Positions 33,404 through 44,976 are shown, counted from the whole stretch's first letter. The stretch is DNA of 63,594 bases, filler included, from Sanchytrium tribonematis (GCA_018985235.1; 8 parts of 8 records of this genome joined end to end with filler, not necessarily neighbours in it); one strand, 5' to 3'. A program made the numbers and translations. Notes: generated by a model from the letters alone, not told the origin.

Positions 33404-34537
33404 ATGCGCTTATTGTCGAAGCGCCTCAATAAACATGCTAATGGAGCCTTGCAAATAATTGCAGAAGACGCAGAAGATATTTGGACTATATACAATATAA
33501 TTGTAGCTGGTGATAGGCTTCGAACTACTACTTTTCGTAAAATTGTGAATGAGAGTAGCACTGGATCAATTCAAAATGAGAAAAAACGTATTACATTGAG
33601 CATTAAAGTTGAAGAGACTGCCTATGACGGGTTTGCAAATGTAGTACATGTTAAAGGCAAAGTCTGCGAAGAAAGCAAATTCGTTAAAATGAACCAATAT
33701 CACACCTTGGACACTTTGATTAATCAAAAGATTTGGATAGCTAAGGATGACTGGGACCAGATTAACTTGAGAAGAATTGATGAGGCGTGTGATTTGTCAA
33801 AAAAAGCTGAAGTCGGAGCTGTAGTTCTTCAAGAAGGCTTGGCTCATATATGTTTACTAACAAATGCAATAACGATTCCGCTTTTAAAAGTTGATACGAC
33901 TGTATCAAAAAAAAGAACAGGTTCAACACAGCATAAACATTCTCTTGAAAAATTTCTGAATAACGTAGTTGATGGGATGATAAGACATTTTGATTTTTCT
34001 AAATTGAAGGCTGTGATAATTGCATCCCCGGGTTTTTTGAAAGATAATCTTTATAGTAGATTAATTCAATACGGAGTAACCAACAATGACAAAACACTAT
34101 TAGATTTCAAAGATAAGTTTATAGTACTACATGGAAGCTCTGGCCATTTTCAGTCCTTACAAGACTTGCTCATTGTGCCAACCGTGCAGGAAAAACTAAA
34201 AGAAACGAAATGTCTGGATCAAATCAAACAAATGCAAAGATTCTATGATATTTTGGGTGTTGATAGTGGGCGTGCTTGGTATGGCTATGACCATGTACTA
34301 AGAGCATTTGAATTTGGTGCAATTGAAACCCTTTTAGTTAGCGATGAATTATTTCGTAGTCCTGATGTCAGAGTTAGAAACAGATATATCAAATTGACTG
34401 AAGATGTGGAGAAGCTTGGCGCAAAAGTGTATATAATTTCCACGATGCATGTGACGGGAGAGCAACTAAGAGATTTGACTGGGGTTGCCGCTATTTTGAT
34501 GTATCCTATCGAAGAACCAGAGAGTGATAATGAATAA
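33404..34537 (+). CDS. DOM34: Pelota/Dom34
   Basis: EDAEDIW..YNII..GD, YHTLD, IASPGF, AWYG, HVTGEQL..LTGVAAIL. Confidence 0.96.
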   Translation: MRLLSKRLNKHANGALQIIAEDAEDIWTIYNIIVAGDRLRTTTFRKIVNESSTGSIQNEKKRITLSIKVEETAYDGFANVVHVKGKVCEESKFVKMNQYHTLDTLINQKIWIAKDDWDQINLRRIDEACDLSKKAEVGAVVLQEGLAHICLLTNAITIPLLKVDTTVSKKRTGSTQHKHSLEKFLNNVVDGMIRHFDFSKLKAVIIASPGFLKDNLYSRLIQYGVTNNDKTLLDFKDKFIVLHGSSGHFQSLQDLLIVPTVQEKLKETKCLDQIKQMQRFYDILGVDSGRAWYGYDHVLRAFEFGAIETLLVSDELFRSPDVRVRNRYIKLTEDVEKLGAKVYIISTMHVTGEQLRDLTGVAAILMYPIEEPESDNE

Positions 34538-35248
34538 TTAATTTTTGATTTTGTAGCTGATCACTTGTCGATTATGATCTATAGTAATTGTAAGAGTTGG
34601 TATGTTTTGTTTAATATTGCATTTATATAGCGGCAAAAACATCGCGACAAATTTTTCTACTTCCATTTTGCTCATTCCTTGATTTCTGCATAATTCTTGT
34701 TCATAGCGCCAATCCGATACTATTCTCAAGTCTGAAGTTCTAATGACAATTAGCATATCCAGCATGGACCATATTTTTATATTATATTTAGTCAGATTTT
34801 CCATTACTTGGTCACAATCCTTTTTGGTGAACCATGATTCAATTTCTAATATCGTGGGTTCAAAGCCAACGCACCACCCTTCAAGTATTATATTTTGGTT
34901 GTCATCGAGCTGGGCTTTCCTGCTTCCATTCCGATCACCCAGTCCGTTTTTGAGTCTTTTGTCAAATATTGGAACTTCCGCAATTTTGCCACTTTTTAAT
35001 ATTGATATGGCATCATTTAATAAATCAACATCATGTGTACCGGGCAGACCTCTTTTTTTATAAAATGGATTACCTTCAAGACTTAATCTAGCTAGTTTCT
35101 CTTGCGGAAAATAGAAATCGTCAAGCCCAATTGGTAACGATGATTTTAAACTTTCTACCAAAGTAGTCTTTCCACAACCTTGAGGTCCACACAATCCAAT
35201 TACTTGTCCACTATATTTTCCAATGAATTCTTCGACCAGCTTTTGCAT
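34538..35248 (-). CDS. D-glycerate 3-kinase/Tda10-like P-loop kinase
   Basis: GPQGCGKTT, DDFY, RGLPGTHD, PIFDK..GDR, ILEGWCVGF. Confidence 0.85.
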   Translation of the reverse strand: MQKLVEEFIGKYSGQVIGLCGPQGCGKTTLVESLKSSLPIGLDDFYFPQEKLARLSLEGNPFYKKRGLPGTHDVDLLNDAISILKSGKIAEVPIFDKRLKNGLGDRNGSRKAQLDDNQNIILEGWCVGFEPTILEIESWFTKKDCDQVMENLTKYNIKIWSMLDMLIVIRTSDLRIVSDWRYEQELCRNQGMSKMEVEKFVAMFLPLYKCNIKQNIPTLTITIDHNRQVISYKIKN

Positions 35249-35275
35249 AAAACAAAAACGGGAGCGAAACAATAA

Positions 35276-35635
35276 ATGGCAATTCAAGTCGAAAGCATTG
35301 ACCAGCAGCACATTTCCGATTTTGCGATATTAAATGACCAAAAAGTCGAATTGGAAGCAAGAAAAAAGTTTTATGAGCAAGAAAAAGAATTTACAGATGA
35401 TTTAGAACAAGAATATGAGATTATGGAGGAACCTTTTTTCGCTAAATTTGGAGATGGCTTTTTAGAAATGACAATGGAGGAATTTGGAGAAGAATTGAAA
35501 AAATCGGCTGATAACACCAGCAAGGAACTTGAGGTGATTAATCGCGAATTGGCTGAAGTGGACCAAAAAATGACAGACATCAAAACTTCATTGTATGCGA
35601 AATTTGGAAATGAGATAAATCTTGAATATCAATAA
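35276..35635 (+). CDS. GIM3: Prefoldin subunit 4
   Basis: DQQHISDFAILN...LYAKFGNEINLE. Confidence 0.9.
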   Translation: MAIQVESIDQQHISDFAILNDQKVELEARKKFYEQEKEFTDDLEQEYEIMEEPFFAKFGDGFLEMTMEEFGEELKKSADNTSKELEVINRELAEVDQKMTDIKTSLYAKFGNEINLEYQ

Positions 35636-35639
35636 AAAT

Positions 35640-38237
35640 TTATTGAACTACTGTATTAACCACAATATAAAATTGCTGTTCGCTTTGATACCGGAACACT
35701 GGGCGATTCGCGCCAGAAGATATTGTTTTGGATGGGCTTTTCTCTTCGTTTTCATTAACATTGACAGCAGAGTCTGACTTGTTCATTGTGGGACTTCTAG
35801 CACCTTCAACTGGCTCATAATCAAAGACCCTAAACACAGTTTTAAAATCAAATAAATTTGAACCATGATGCAAGGAGGCTGGATAGTAAATAAGGTTTGG
35901 ATAGCATTCCTTGACCTCCTCCCCTTTAATCATACTTCTAGTGACGTCTACCATATGGCTGACCAACTTTTTACCATTATGTGATACTTCAATATAATAT
36001 TGAACAAAATCAAAATTACACTGACTGCGAAATGGGCTTTCGTCGCTTACTTCTTTTAATATTTCGTAAAACTTTTTTGAAATCACGGGAGCCACATTGA
36101 TAGAATCAACTTCTTCAGGAATAGTAAAACAGTAATGTTTTTGTTCTGTAGTGTCAATTTCATAAAGCCAAGAATTTTCGCCACAGTCCATTATGATGGT
36201 TTGAAGCATATTCATCTTTTCAAGTTCGGGAATCTCTATCTTATTTTCAGACATTGCGACGGAAGAAGCTTTCGTAGATTGCTGTTGTTGACGCTGTTGA
36301 TTTTGTCGAATGTAATGATCAGGAGTCTTGTATGTGCGAGCTGGCACAGTTGCTTGGTATCTATAATTGGGCGTGGCGCCTCTACTTACATTGCCCATAT
36401 TTGTGTAACGCGCAAAACTTGAGGATTGGGAACCATAACTCTGGGGTTTGTAGCTGCTATATGCCCCAAAACTAGATACGTAACTATTTAGATCGGAGGC
36501 ACCCATTTGAGACTTCACACGCACATATCCTATCCCCATGGACTCCTTTATTTCCAGATCGCTTGAATTTCGTTTCTTTAAAAGCATTTCAACCGCACTT
36601 TGAGAAAATCGCAATGACTCTGGTGGATTTAGGGAGGACAGCATGAAAACCAAATCGTCCTCAGTGATATTCATCATTTTGGCCAATTCCGACGAAGTCC
36701 AGCCATCTCTTTTACCTGTTCTGTCATAATCATACGCAGAGCTCTTGTTAGATGTTAGATATGAAGCGTATGTCAAATTTGAAGTATTTTTTAACAGATG
36801 ATCTTTCGCATCTCGCTTGTATTCACTACCCTTCGGTAAAGAAGAAAGCCTTTCTAAAGGATTAACATCCTTTTTTCTTTTTACCAATTTGTAAGAGGGA
36901 CACGTATTTAAATATTTCTCATGTTCCGGCTTAATTTGTTCGGACGCGCTTGTCTTAAAATCATAAAATGTTTCACAGAAATACAAATTAACATCTTTAG
37001 TATCTCTGACAAGATATTTTGTGTATTCCTCAATTGGTAAAATCCAGCACTTTCCTTTAATATCTTTCTTCGAAATTTCAACGTCTAAAGATGTCAACAT
37101 ATACTCCTTATCACTACTAAAATTATAACAATGGGAAGCATGTGATTTTGATACGAAAAGCCTTCCTTTAATAGTGTCTTTTACGCTTGAAACATCTGTG
37201 GTAAACATAATTAATTTGTCGTCTGCAATAATTGAAAAGGTGTTTTCTTCGAGGTGAATGTAAATGTACTGGCCAACATATATATCTCCAAAGTCAGAGG
37301 TGGTATACTCGGTAGGTGCTTCAAAAGACCTCTTACCTTTTCGATTTAATTGAATGGAAAATTTTTCATAAAAGCTAACAACAGCTAAATGCTGTAACTG
37401 GAGCGCGTCTTTATAAATTATAGAATTATCTTCGTTGAATGTAAATGCATTATCAAACATTTGCATTATATCAGATGCCATATCCTTGGCAGAATAATGT
37501 TGATTTAACTTTATAAAATTGAAAAGTTTCATTTCTATATCTTTTATACATACAGGATTTGTAATAACCACATAATATGAGGGATAAAGTTCTTTGGGGG
37601 GAAGATCAAGAAAAACTTCAGCACGCTTTCGACCCTTTTCAGAATTCTCTTTCAATAATTGTAATATGTCAAGCATTTTCACAAGCTCCTCCGATTTATA
37701 TTTCATTAAAAATTCCCACTTGGAATGGAGTGGCACTTGAGTCATATCATGTGCGGTTTGACCATAAAAATTAGTCTGCGTCACATCTGCACCCTTTTCA
37801 ATCAAGAATTTGCATACTTCCGGCTGATTTCCATATGCGGCCCAAGCGAGAGCAAATCCACCAAACCATTGATCTCTCAATGTGATTTCATAACCCAAAT
37901 CAAGTAATTGTTTCACAACATTTAATTTTCCATAATAACAAGCACAGTGAAGTGGTGTCCAGTGAAATGGTTTATCGAAAATTGAGTTTGAAAAATACTC
38001 ATTAGGCTTGACGAAATCTTTTTCAAGAATCCCTTGTTGGATTTGCTGCAACAATCTGCGAGATTGCTGTCGAGTGAATTCTCTTTTCATAATTGCAAAT
38101 TTAAAAATAGCATGATCGCTGTCTTGAACCATTTGAGAATTGATATGATTTGATTTTCGAATTTCTAATAATTGTGACATTATGTCATGATCTGGATCAA
38201 GTTTCAATAAAGGAAAGGACCTTGCAAAATCGTCCAT
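35640..38237 (-). CDS. Ankyrin-bromodomain-BAH protein (Rsc1/2/polybromo-related)
   Basis: WTPLHCAC ankyrins; FLDLPPKELYPSYY..ITNP..MFDNAFTFNE bromo; IKGKCWIL..YFCETFYD BAH. Confidence 0.8.
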   Translation of the reverse strand: MDDFARSFPLLKLDPDHDIMSQLLEIRKSNHINSQMVQDSDHAIFKFAIMKREFTRQQSRRLLQQIQQGILEKDFVKPNEYFSNSIFDKPFHWTPLHCACYYGKLNVVKQLLDLGYEITLRDQWFGGFALAWAAYGNQPEVCKFLIEKGADVTQTNFYGQTAHDMTQVPLHSKWEFLMKYKSEELVKMLDILQLLKENSEKGRKRAEVFLDLPPKELYPSYYVVITNPVCIKDIEMKLFNFIKLNQHYSAKDMASDIMQMFDNAFTFNEDNSIIYKDALQLQHLAVVSFYEKFSIQLNRKGKRSFEAPTEYTTSDFGDIYVGQYIYIHLEENTFSIIADDKLIMFTTDVSSVKDTIKGRLFVSKSHASHCYNFSSDKEYMLTSLDVEISKKDIKGKCWILPIEEYTKYLVRDTKDVNLYFCETFYDFKTSASEQIKPEHEKYLNTCPSYKLVKRKKDVNPLERLSSLPKGSEYKRDAKDHLLKNTSNLTYASYLTSNKSSAYDYDRTGKRDGWTSSELAKMMNITEDDLVFMLSSLNPPESLRFSQSAVEMLLKKRNSSDLEIKESMGIGYVRVKSQMGASDLNSYVSSFGAYSSYKPQSYGSQSSSFARYTNMGNVSRGATPNYRYQATVPARTYKTPDHYIRQNQQRQQQQSTKASSVAMSENKIEIPELEKMNMLQTIIMDCGENSWLYEIDTTEQKHYCFTIPEEVDSINVAPVISKKFYEILKEVSDESPFRSQCNFDFVQYYIEVSHNGKKLVSHMVDVTRSMIKGEEVKECYPNLIYYPASLHHGSNLFDFKTVFRVFDYEPVEGARSPTMNKSDSAVNVNENEEKSPSKTISSGANRPVFRYQSEQQFYIVVNTVVQ

Positions 38238-38275
38238 GTTTCAGGGAGAACCATGTTGATTGTCGTCAAATTAAG

Positions 38276-38785
38276 CTACCCCTTTGTTAGTACCGCCTCT
38301 TGTGGTGTAAGGTGTCGATAAGATTTAAGCAACTTAATCACAATAGATTCTTTTGTATTAAACAGCTTAATAATAATGGAGGCAAATCTTGCATGATAGT
38401 TCCACAACGAAGTACAAAAACAAATTGCGTTGTCGAATCTCGCGATTGCGATATTAAGTAAATTCATCGCTTCTTGATTTGAAATACCGGGCTGTGCGTC
38501 TAATAAATGTGTCAAGTTGTCAATAATAATTACGTCGATGTCAGTACAATTATCACAATTATTTAAATATTTCAGGAGTTCTACTATACAATCCACATAT
38601 ATATGCGAAGTTTGAGGGACGGAGCTGAACCATAGCAATCTAGACGGTTCAACTTGTTGCGAAAATAATTTGCAAAAACTTGTTTTTCCACTGAGGCTAT
38701 TACCAACTACCAAAACTATATCATTTTCAATGAATTGGTTGAAAACATGATCCAGTGGCCCAATATTACTTTTCAGCTGCGTCAT
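38276..38785 (-). CDS. Short Rad51 paralogue (RAD51D/Rad55-like)
   Basis: GPLDHVF, GNSLSGKT, VIIIDN. Confidence 0.6.
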   Translation of the reverse strand: MTQLKSNIGPLDHVFNQFIENDIVLVVGNSLSGKTSFCKLFSQQVEPSRLLWFSSVPQTSHIYVDCIVELLKYLNNCDNCTDIDVIIIDNLTHLLDAQPGISNQEAMNLLNIAIARFDNAICFCTSLWNYHARFASIIIKLFNTKESIVIKLLKSYRHLTPQEAVLTKG

Positions 38786-38807
38786 TCGAGTAAGGGGTTG
38801 TATCGAG

Positions 38808-39879
38808 ATGGTCACTCTCTTAATTGACGTTGAAACGGATGTGAAAATACATTGTGACTTCTTTGATGTAGTTTATTATAAAAAGAATGAATTTATACGG
38901 CCCAGAAACGGAGAAAGGGAGCCTTTTGAATGGAGTGACTTGAACAAGCATTTGTCTCCAAAATATATTTTATCATTTAATCAGCCGCCACCATTTGTTT
39001 TTAGTCAATGTGAACGTTGGATTTATTTTGATTTTGAAAGAAGTTTGGCGCACTGCCTTCTCTCTCATGATCTTGACTTGCTTAATGATTGTATCGACTT
39101 TATAAACTCAAATGGAAAACGAGAAATTTCAAGATTAATTCATTGGATTCTTGAATTATATGAAAGCAAAGCTGCCTTATCAGTTGATCTGGATCTCATC
39201 AAAACTTTGACAACAGTAAAAATATGCAACCCATCAACAGAACCATCCAAAGAGGGGGAGAATTTAAAATATATTTTGAGCTGGATAGACAATATTGAAA
39301 AAAAGTCTGAACCCATCGAATCTATGCAGATAGATAACGATTTTGGAGAGATTCAGGAATGGAAAAGTTATGAGGGGCCTGCTTGTTATGAACGAGCCGA
39401 AGATTTGTGCAAAAAGTTGGGAAAGCAATGCCAATTCAAATACAAATTTTACAGCGATACTTCCGAGTATCAATTTGTTTGTCTTGTGGATGGGGTCAAG
39501 TTCAAGATCGACCGCCGATCCAAAATTCAAGATGAGGCAAAAGATTTAATTGCGAGAGAAGTGTTGAAGACCCTATTGGAGGCTGATTTTGTCAAATCAA
39601 AGGAGACACAGTACAGAAGGCAATTAGCTCATGTGGCGAAGAAATATTCTGACGATCCTCTTGTTTATAAACCGGTATATGTTTCGGATGGGCTTTTCAA
39701 AATTCAATTGAATTTTGGAGTCGACAATTTTTATGAATCTAAAGAATTTTACACAGACAAAGATTTTGCGGAAGAAAGTATGGCTAGCAGCGTGCTTAGC
39801 CGCTTGGCTGCTTTTTCAAATACAGGCATCAAAAGGGCGGCTGATGGAACTCCCGCTTCTATGAAAAATTCGTTTAGCC
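38808..39879 (+). CDS. Protein with two dsRBD-like domains, 3'-partial
   Basis: LCKKLGK...FVCLVDG..SKIQDEAKDLIAREVL; LAHVAKK..DKDFAEESMASSVL. Confidence 0.55.
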
Positions 39880-39979
39880 NNNNNNNNNNNNNNNNNNNNN
39901 NNNNNNNNNNNNNNNNNNNNNNNTTAATTAATTAANNNNNNNNNNNNNNNNNNNNNNNNNNNNNNNNNNNNNNNNNNNN

Positions 39980-41298
39980 GCTAGTTTAATATATCCCATC
40001 CAATTTAAAATGAGCTTGAAATTGAAGTCCGAGACAACGTTACTTTTTTTCCTAAATTTTTTAACTGATTTAATATATTTACCGGCAGCAATATATGCTC
40101 TTCTATTTAATTCTTCAGAAAGAAACTGCAGCACAGAGTCAAAGTTATAGTGAACACTAATGAACTCAATAGGATCCTCCATTTCGGTGAAAAAATATCG
40201 ATTTTTGCATGCCAGATATATCAATTCAATCATATTAGATTTTTTTTCGCTATTCAATTCGTAAACTATTTCAAAATTTATACTTTCAAATATTTCAAGG
40301 TAGATTGCTTTGAGTGATGATTCTAAGTCAAAATCATATGATATGGCCTTCAAAAAAGTAGCCAATCCTTCTTGAAATGATCCTTGAAATTGTGCTTGGA
40401 TTGATTTTGGTTCCAATTGATTAAAAATCATCCGCAAAAATTCACCAGAGAACTGCAAAGTCGCAACTTGAATCAAAAAGTTGACTGAATCTACGTCTCC
40501 TTTATATTTTGACAAAAATTCTTCCAGCAGATTTACTGCAACTTGATTTTGAACCTTGATGCTGTAATATGAAATATCATTGTATGATTTAGGAACCTTT
40601 ACGTAGGCAAGAGTCCTTTTTGTTTTAAGCCAATTGTAATGATCGCTGTCATATTTCGTAACAAGCAAGTATCTGTACTGCAAAGCAATTCGTTTAAGCA
40701 TGAGTGGGTGACTCGAATCGCAATTTTGATAATGATCTCCTAAACTCTGAATCAGATCAAATCTATAAGTTGACATAACTAAAAGAAGCAACTCACAAAC
40801 ATCAGGACGAGTTTGGTCGTCTTGACTCTTTTTCGGAAATTGTCCAAAAATCCATTTAAAATTATCGATAGTCATTAGTGAAAAAAATGATTCCGCTGAA
40901 ATTGTTGTCACATATTCTGCATTTGCAGTTGGAGCATCTTCTGGTAAAGTAGGGCTAATCAGTGTCAAGTAAAGCTGAGCTCTTGTATTTGTTAAAAATA
41001 ATAGGACATCCGGCACATTGTACTTTGCGCAAACAATACCAATATAAGGAATAAATAGTTGCAGACAATTATCTAACAATGTATGAGTTTGCTCGGAATC
41101 ACCTTGGAAATAACGCTCGAGATAATCATTTGCATTAGAACAAAGTTTTTCAACATTTTTGCTATACTCTACAGTAGAGAAATTTTTTATATTTTTAGTA
41201 TAATAAGTTTTCAAACTATTGGTATCTGCTACATATTGATCAGTCATACAAGAGCATTTTAAACAAACAGAATACGATACCACAATAAGAAAGAGCAT
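39980..41298 (-). CDS. Secreted hypothetical protein, 3'-partial
   Basis: MLFLIVVSYSVC signal-like start, long ORF. Confidence 0.6.
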
Positions 41299-41371
41299 GG
41301 GAACAGAACCAAGGAGTTTGCATATTGTGCAATAACATCGTCATTTTACAGTTTCATGTTTATAAAAATGG

Positions 41372-43273
41372 CTAATATTTATTAAGCCGCAAATTCGTTT
41401 TCGAAAATATGCGAGCATCTCTAAATCTTTGAGTCATGAATTTCGGATCTTCTGATTTTAGAAATTCTTCAAAAGATGAAAAGGAAGAAATGATTTGACA
41501 GGCAAGAATGTAATTTAGGGAAGGAAACTCCATCAGAAATTGAACCCTGTCATCAATGCACAGAGGCTCAAAATAATGCATTTTTGATGACTGGCGATCA
41601 AATAGGGCAGCTAGGACCTTGTTTAATTCATGAGAGCTCTCAATTTGTTGCATAATGCAGCCCGAAGGAAGTTCAAAAGACAGCTGAATAAAAAAATCAT
41701 TGCAATCGACTTCAAGTGGTACACATATACCCCCAACCATGGTATACTGCAGAATCAAGATGTGTATTCTATTGAATTTCGTCAAATTTCTCCGCAATTG
41801 TGATAGCAAAGAGACAACTCCCACATTTTCTTTAGCTTTATTTAACTGAGAAAATAGTATACCTCTGATAACAATAATTGATACTTCTTCATCAATCAAA
41901 ATTGAACTCATCTTTCCAACCAGATTGGAGTTTCCAGAAAATTCAGTCAAACTTTTGCAAGACAATCTAATAAGTTTTGTCAAATCAACATCTTTCAACA
42001 AAACAGGGTTCAAAACAATTGAGGCATGAGATTGTATAAAATTGCTACGATTCTGAAAAACTTCATCTGTTTTTTCAACTAATTCGACAGATTGAGTAGC
42101 ATTTAAATTTACGACGTCAATGTGAGATTCTAATGTTAAGCTATTCAAAAGAGATTTGACACCAACCTTTACGACCTTTCGTAATTTTTTTGGAGTCTCT
42201 TTTAAATTAGGATAAACTTCATATCTTCTTGCTTTGCTCAGATCAAAGTTACTTTCGTCTTCCTCTAGATCCAGCCTCTCAAATATATCATCGAGAAACT
42301 CTACTTTATGACTTTCATCACATTCTTCTTCTTCATTGGCAATAATCTGTTTAAATTTTAAGTTTTTTATAGCCAGATTTCTGTTTTGAAATATCTCGAT
42401 GCCCCAATTTAGCCTTGACTCAATTGATGCAATTTTCAAAGTTTGAAAATTTCTTAAAGTAAATAGATTGCGAAGGGCATTAGAGCAATCGGACTTAATA
42501 ACGGGAAGAACCAGCTTCCAATTTTCGTTTAAATTGAAGGTTGTATTTAGACAAGTTTGATTCAAATTGTCGATGATGTCTTCCAATTTGCCAACTTTAA
42601 AACTTTTGCATAAAGCTTGTTCTAAGTCGGCATCAGAATTGAGACTTGGTATATCCATGCTTGATAAAGCCATTCTGGTTTTCTTTGGAGACGGAAATAT
42701 AAGATTAGCTAGTTCCGAGTTCCGCTTTTTAGATTGATATTCTCTTTGAGGGGTAATTTCTTGAGATGGCTGAGTGTCAAAGATTTCCGAATTATTATTC
42801 AAACATCTTAAGACCATTTCATTACGTTCTTTATCTTCAAATGCAATTGGTTGCATGTCCAACTTCAAATCGTCGAAATCTTGATCAACTTGCAGGATCA
42901 ATGGCTCTTGCATATAAAAGCCTTCTTCGAAAGCAATTTCTATCTGAGGAAGATACACTGCGTCTACAAAGTCATAAGTTTCTTTCGCTATTTTAAACAT
43001 TCCAAACATGTTTTTCCAATTTAAATTTAGTTTAATTTTCTCTGGACTCAAATCTACTTTCATTTTCTTTAGATTCCGCAAAAAATTTAAAAAAACTGAG
43101 GATTTTTTCTCATCCTTCAGCAAAAAGTCCTGATGTATCAAAAAATTTCCAACTACAACCTCATTTGCACAACTTTGTGCATTTAGATGCTCAGCACAAT
43201 TTGCTTTCAAAGTTTCCATTGGAAGAAATTCATTTAATCCATACAGCATCAGATCATGCAATGTATCTTCCAT
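41372..43273 (-). CDS. Putative SHOC1/Zip2-like XPF-family meiotic protein
   Basis: C-terminal XPF-like alpha/beta segment and HhH-like FLMEFPSLNYILACQII..SSFEEFL. Confidence 0.5.
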   Translation of the reverse strand: MEDTLHDLMLYGLNEFLPMETLKANCAEHLNAQSCANEVVVGNFLIHQDFLLKDEKKSSVFLNFLRNLKKMKVDLSPEKIKLNLNWKNMFGMFKIAKETYDFVDAVYLPQIEIAFEEGFYMQEPLILQVDQDFDDLKLDMQPIAFEDKERNEMVLRCLNNNSEIFDTQPSQEITPQREYQSKKRNSELANLIFPSPKKTRMALSSMDIPSLNSDADLEQALCKSFKVGKLEDIIDNLNQTCLNTTFNLNENWKLVLPVIKSDCSNALRNLFTLRNFQTLKIASIESRLNWGIEIFQNRNLAIKNLKFKQIIANEEEECDESHKVEFLDDIFERLDLEEDESNFDLSKARRYEVYPNLKETPKKLRKVVKVGVKSLLNSLTLESHIDVVNLNATQSVELVEKTDEVFQNRSNFIQSHASIVLNPVLLKDVDLTKLIRLSCKSLTEFSGNSNLVGKMSSILIDEEVSIIVIRGILFSQLNKAKENVGVVSLLSQLRRNLTKFNRIHILILQYTMVGGICVPLEVDCNDFFIQLSFELPSGCIMQQIESSHELNKVLAALFDRQSSKMHYFEPLCIDDRVQFLMEFPSLNYILACQIISSFSSFEEFLKSEDPKFMTQRFRDARIFSKTNLRLNKY

Positions 43274-43317
43274 TTTCTAGTTTCAGATTTATAATTCAAT
43301 TAAACAATTTACTAAAT

Positions 43318-43854
<537 letters not shown>

Positions 43855-43955
43855 TTACTTTAAAGACTATTTTGTTTTATCTGAAGATATAACCTAGACG
43901 CTTATGAAAATGTAGATCTACCGATTATTTCTAAACCGAAAGAAATTTACTAAAT

Positions 43956-44231
43956 TTACAATCCAAAGAATTGCTTATCTTGCTCAGTCTCACATGCCTC
44001 CTGAAATTCCTCTTGTCCTCCCTTGTATTTTCCATCAATAAAAACGGCAGGAATTTCAACAGATCCTTTTACTTTGATTAATAAATTCTTCTTCTCTTCG
44101 TTTTCCGCCAATGAGAGATCCACCGGTGTGTATTGAATTTTCCTAGCATCGAGGTATTGAAAAATAGACTCAGTCGACTTTTTAACTCTAAGATTTCCAG
44201 ACACACTTGAAAAGAACACTTGAATAGTCAT
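43956..44231 (-). CDS. SH3BGR/glutaredoxin-like protein
   Basis: IQVFFSSVSGN..KK, IPAVFIDGKYKG. Confidence 0.8.
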   Translation of the reverse strand: MTIQVFFSSVSGNLRVKKSTESIFQYLDARKIQYTPVDLSLAENEEKKNLLIKVKGSVEIPAVFIDGKYKGGQEEFQEACETEQDKQFFGL

Positions 44232-44265
44232 TTTAACTTTGTTTCAAAAATTTATTTGGCAGCTT

Positions 44266-44976
44266 TTAGCAATGGAACATTGAATAAATAACCTTATTAT
44301 TAAGACTCTGACCCAAATCGTATCCTAGACATTGAAGTTGTCTTGAGAACTCTGGATATTTCTCTATGTTATCCAATATCCACTTCAAACCAACTCGATC
44401 ATAAAATGTTTGGGACACTTCTGTATGTCCACGTATGTAAGAAGATAGCATGCGTGCCGATGTTTTCGTCACTTTCAGTTGGGATAAATGTGAAATTAAG
44501 TATGGGAATCTTTCATGAATTTTAGTTTGGGCAAAATGATTATTTTGAACAATTGAATGAAATAAACTTTGATGTTCAGATTTCTCAATGTTCGATATGA
44601 TTAGATCAATGATTTCTGAATTTGCCATAACTATACCGATGCTCGCATCAGAACTATTATATGTCATATTCTCAATGAAATCCGATGACCCTATATAACT
44701 TTTTAGTTCTTGCTTCGATAGCTTCAAAAATAATTGATCCGTGGCTTTAAAATAGTGTTTTAATAAGTCATCAACAGAATATTTTTCGATATCTGGTACA
44801 ATATTTAGATTTTTTGATTGTACATTACTAGTTTTTCCATCGAGTAATTCAAATGTATATTCCATTTTATGACTAGTTATATTCCATCTGACTCGCACAC
44901 CTGCTGGTATAGTATTGTTTTCCACAGGAAACCATTTTGTTGCGAAAAGCAAAAAAATCGTAAATAGAAGTAGCAT
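44266..44976 (-). CDS. SIL1: ER nucleotide exchange factor Sil1-like
   Basis: Signal peptide, W..V...IPAGVRVRWNI, VQNNHFAQ. Confidence 0.7.
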   Translation of the reverse strand: MLLLFTIFLLFATKWFPVENNTIPAGVRVRWNITSHKMEYTFELLDGKTSNVQSKNLNIVPDIEKYSVDDLLKHYFKATDQLFLKLSKQELKSYIGSSDFIENMTYNSSDASIGIVMANSEIIDLIISNIEKSEHQSLFHSIVQNNHFAQTKIHERFPYLISHLSQLKVTKTSARMLSSYIRGHTEVSQTFYDRVGLKWILDNIEKYPEFSRQLQCLGYDLGQSLNNKVIYSMFHC

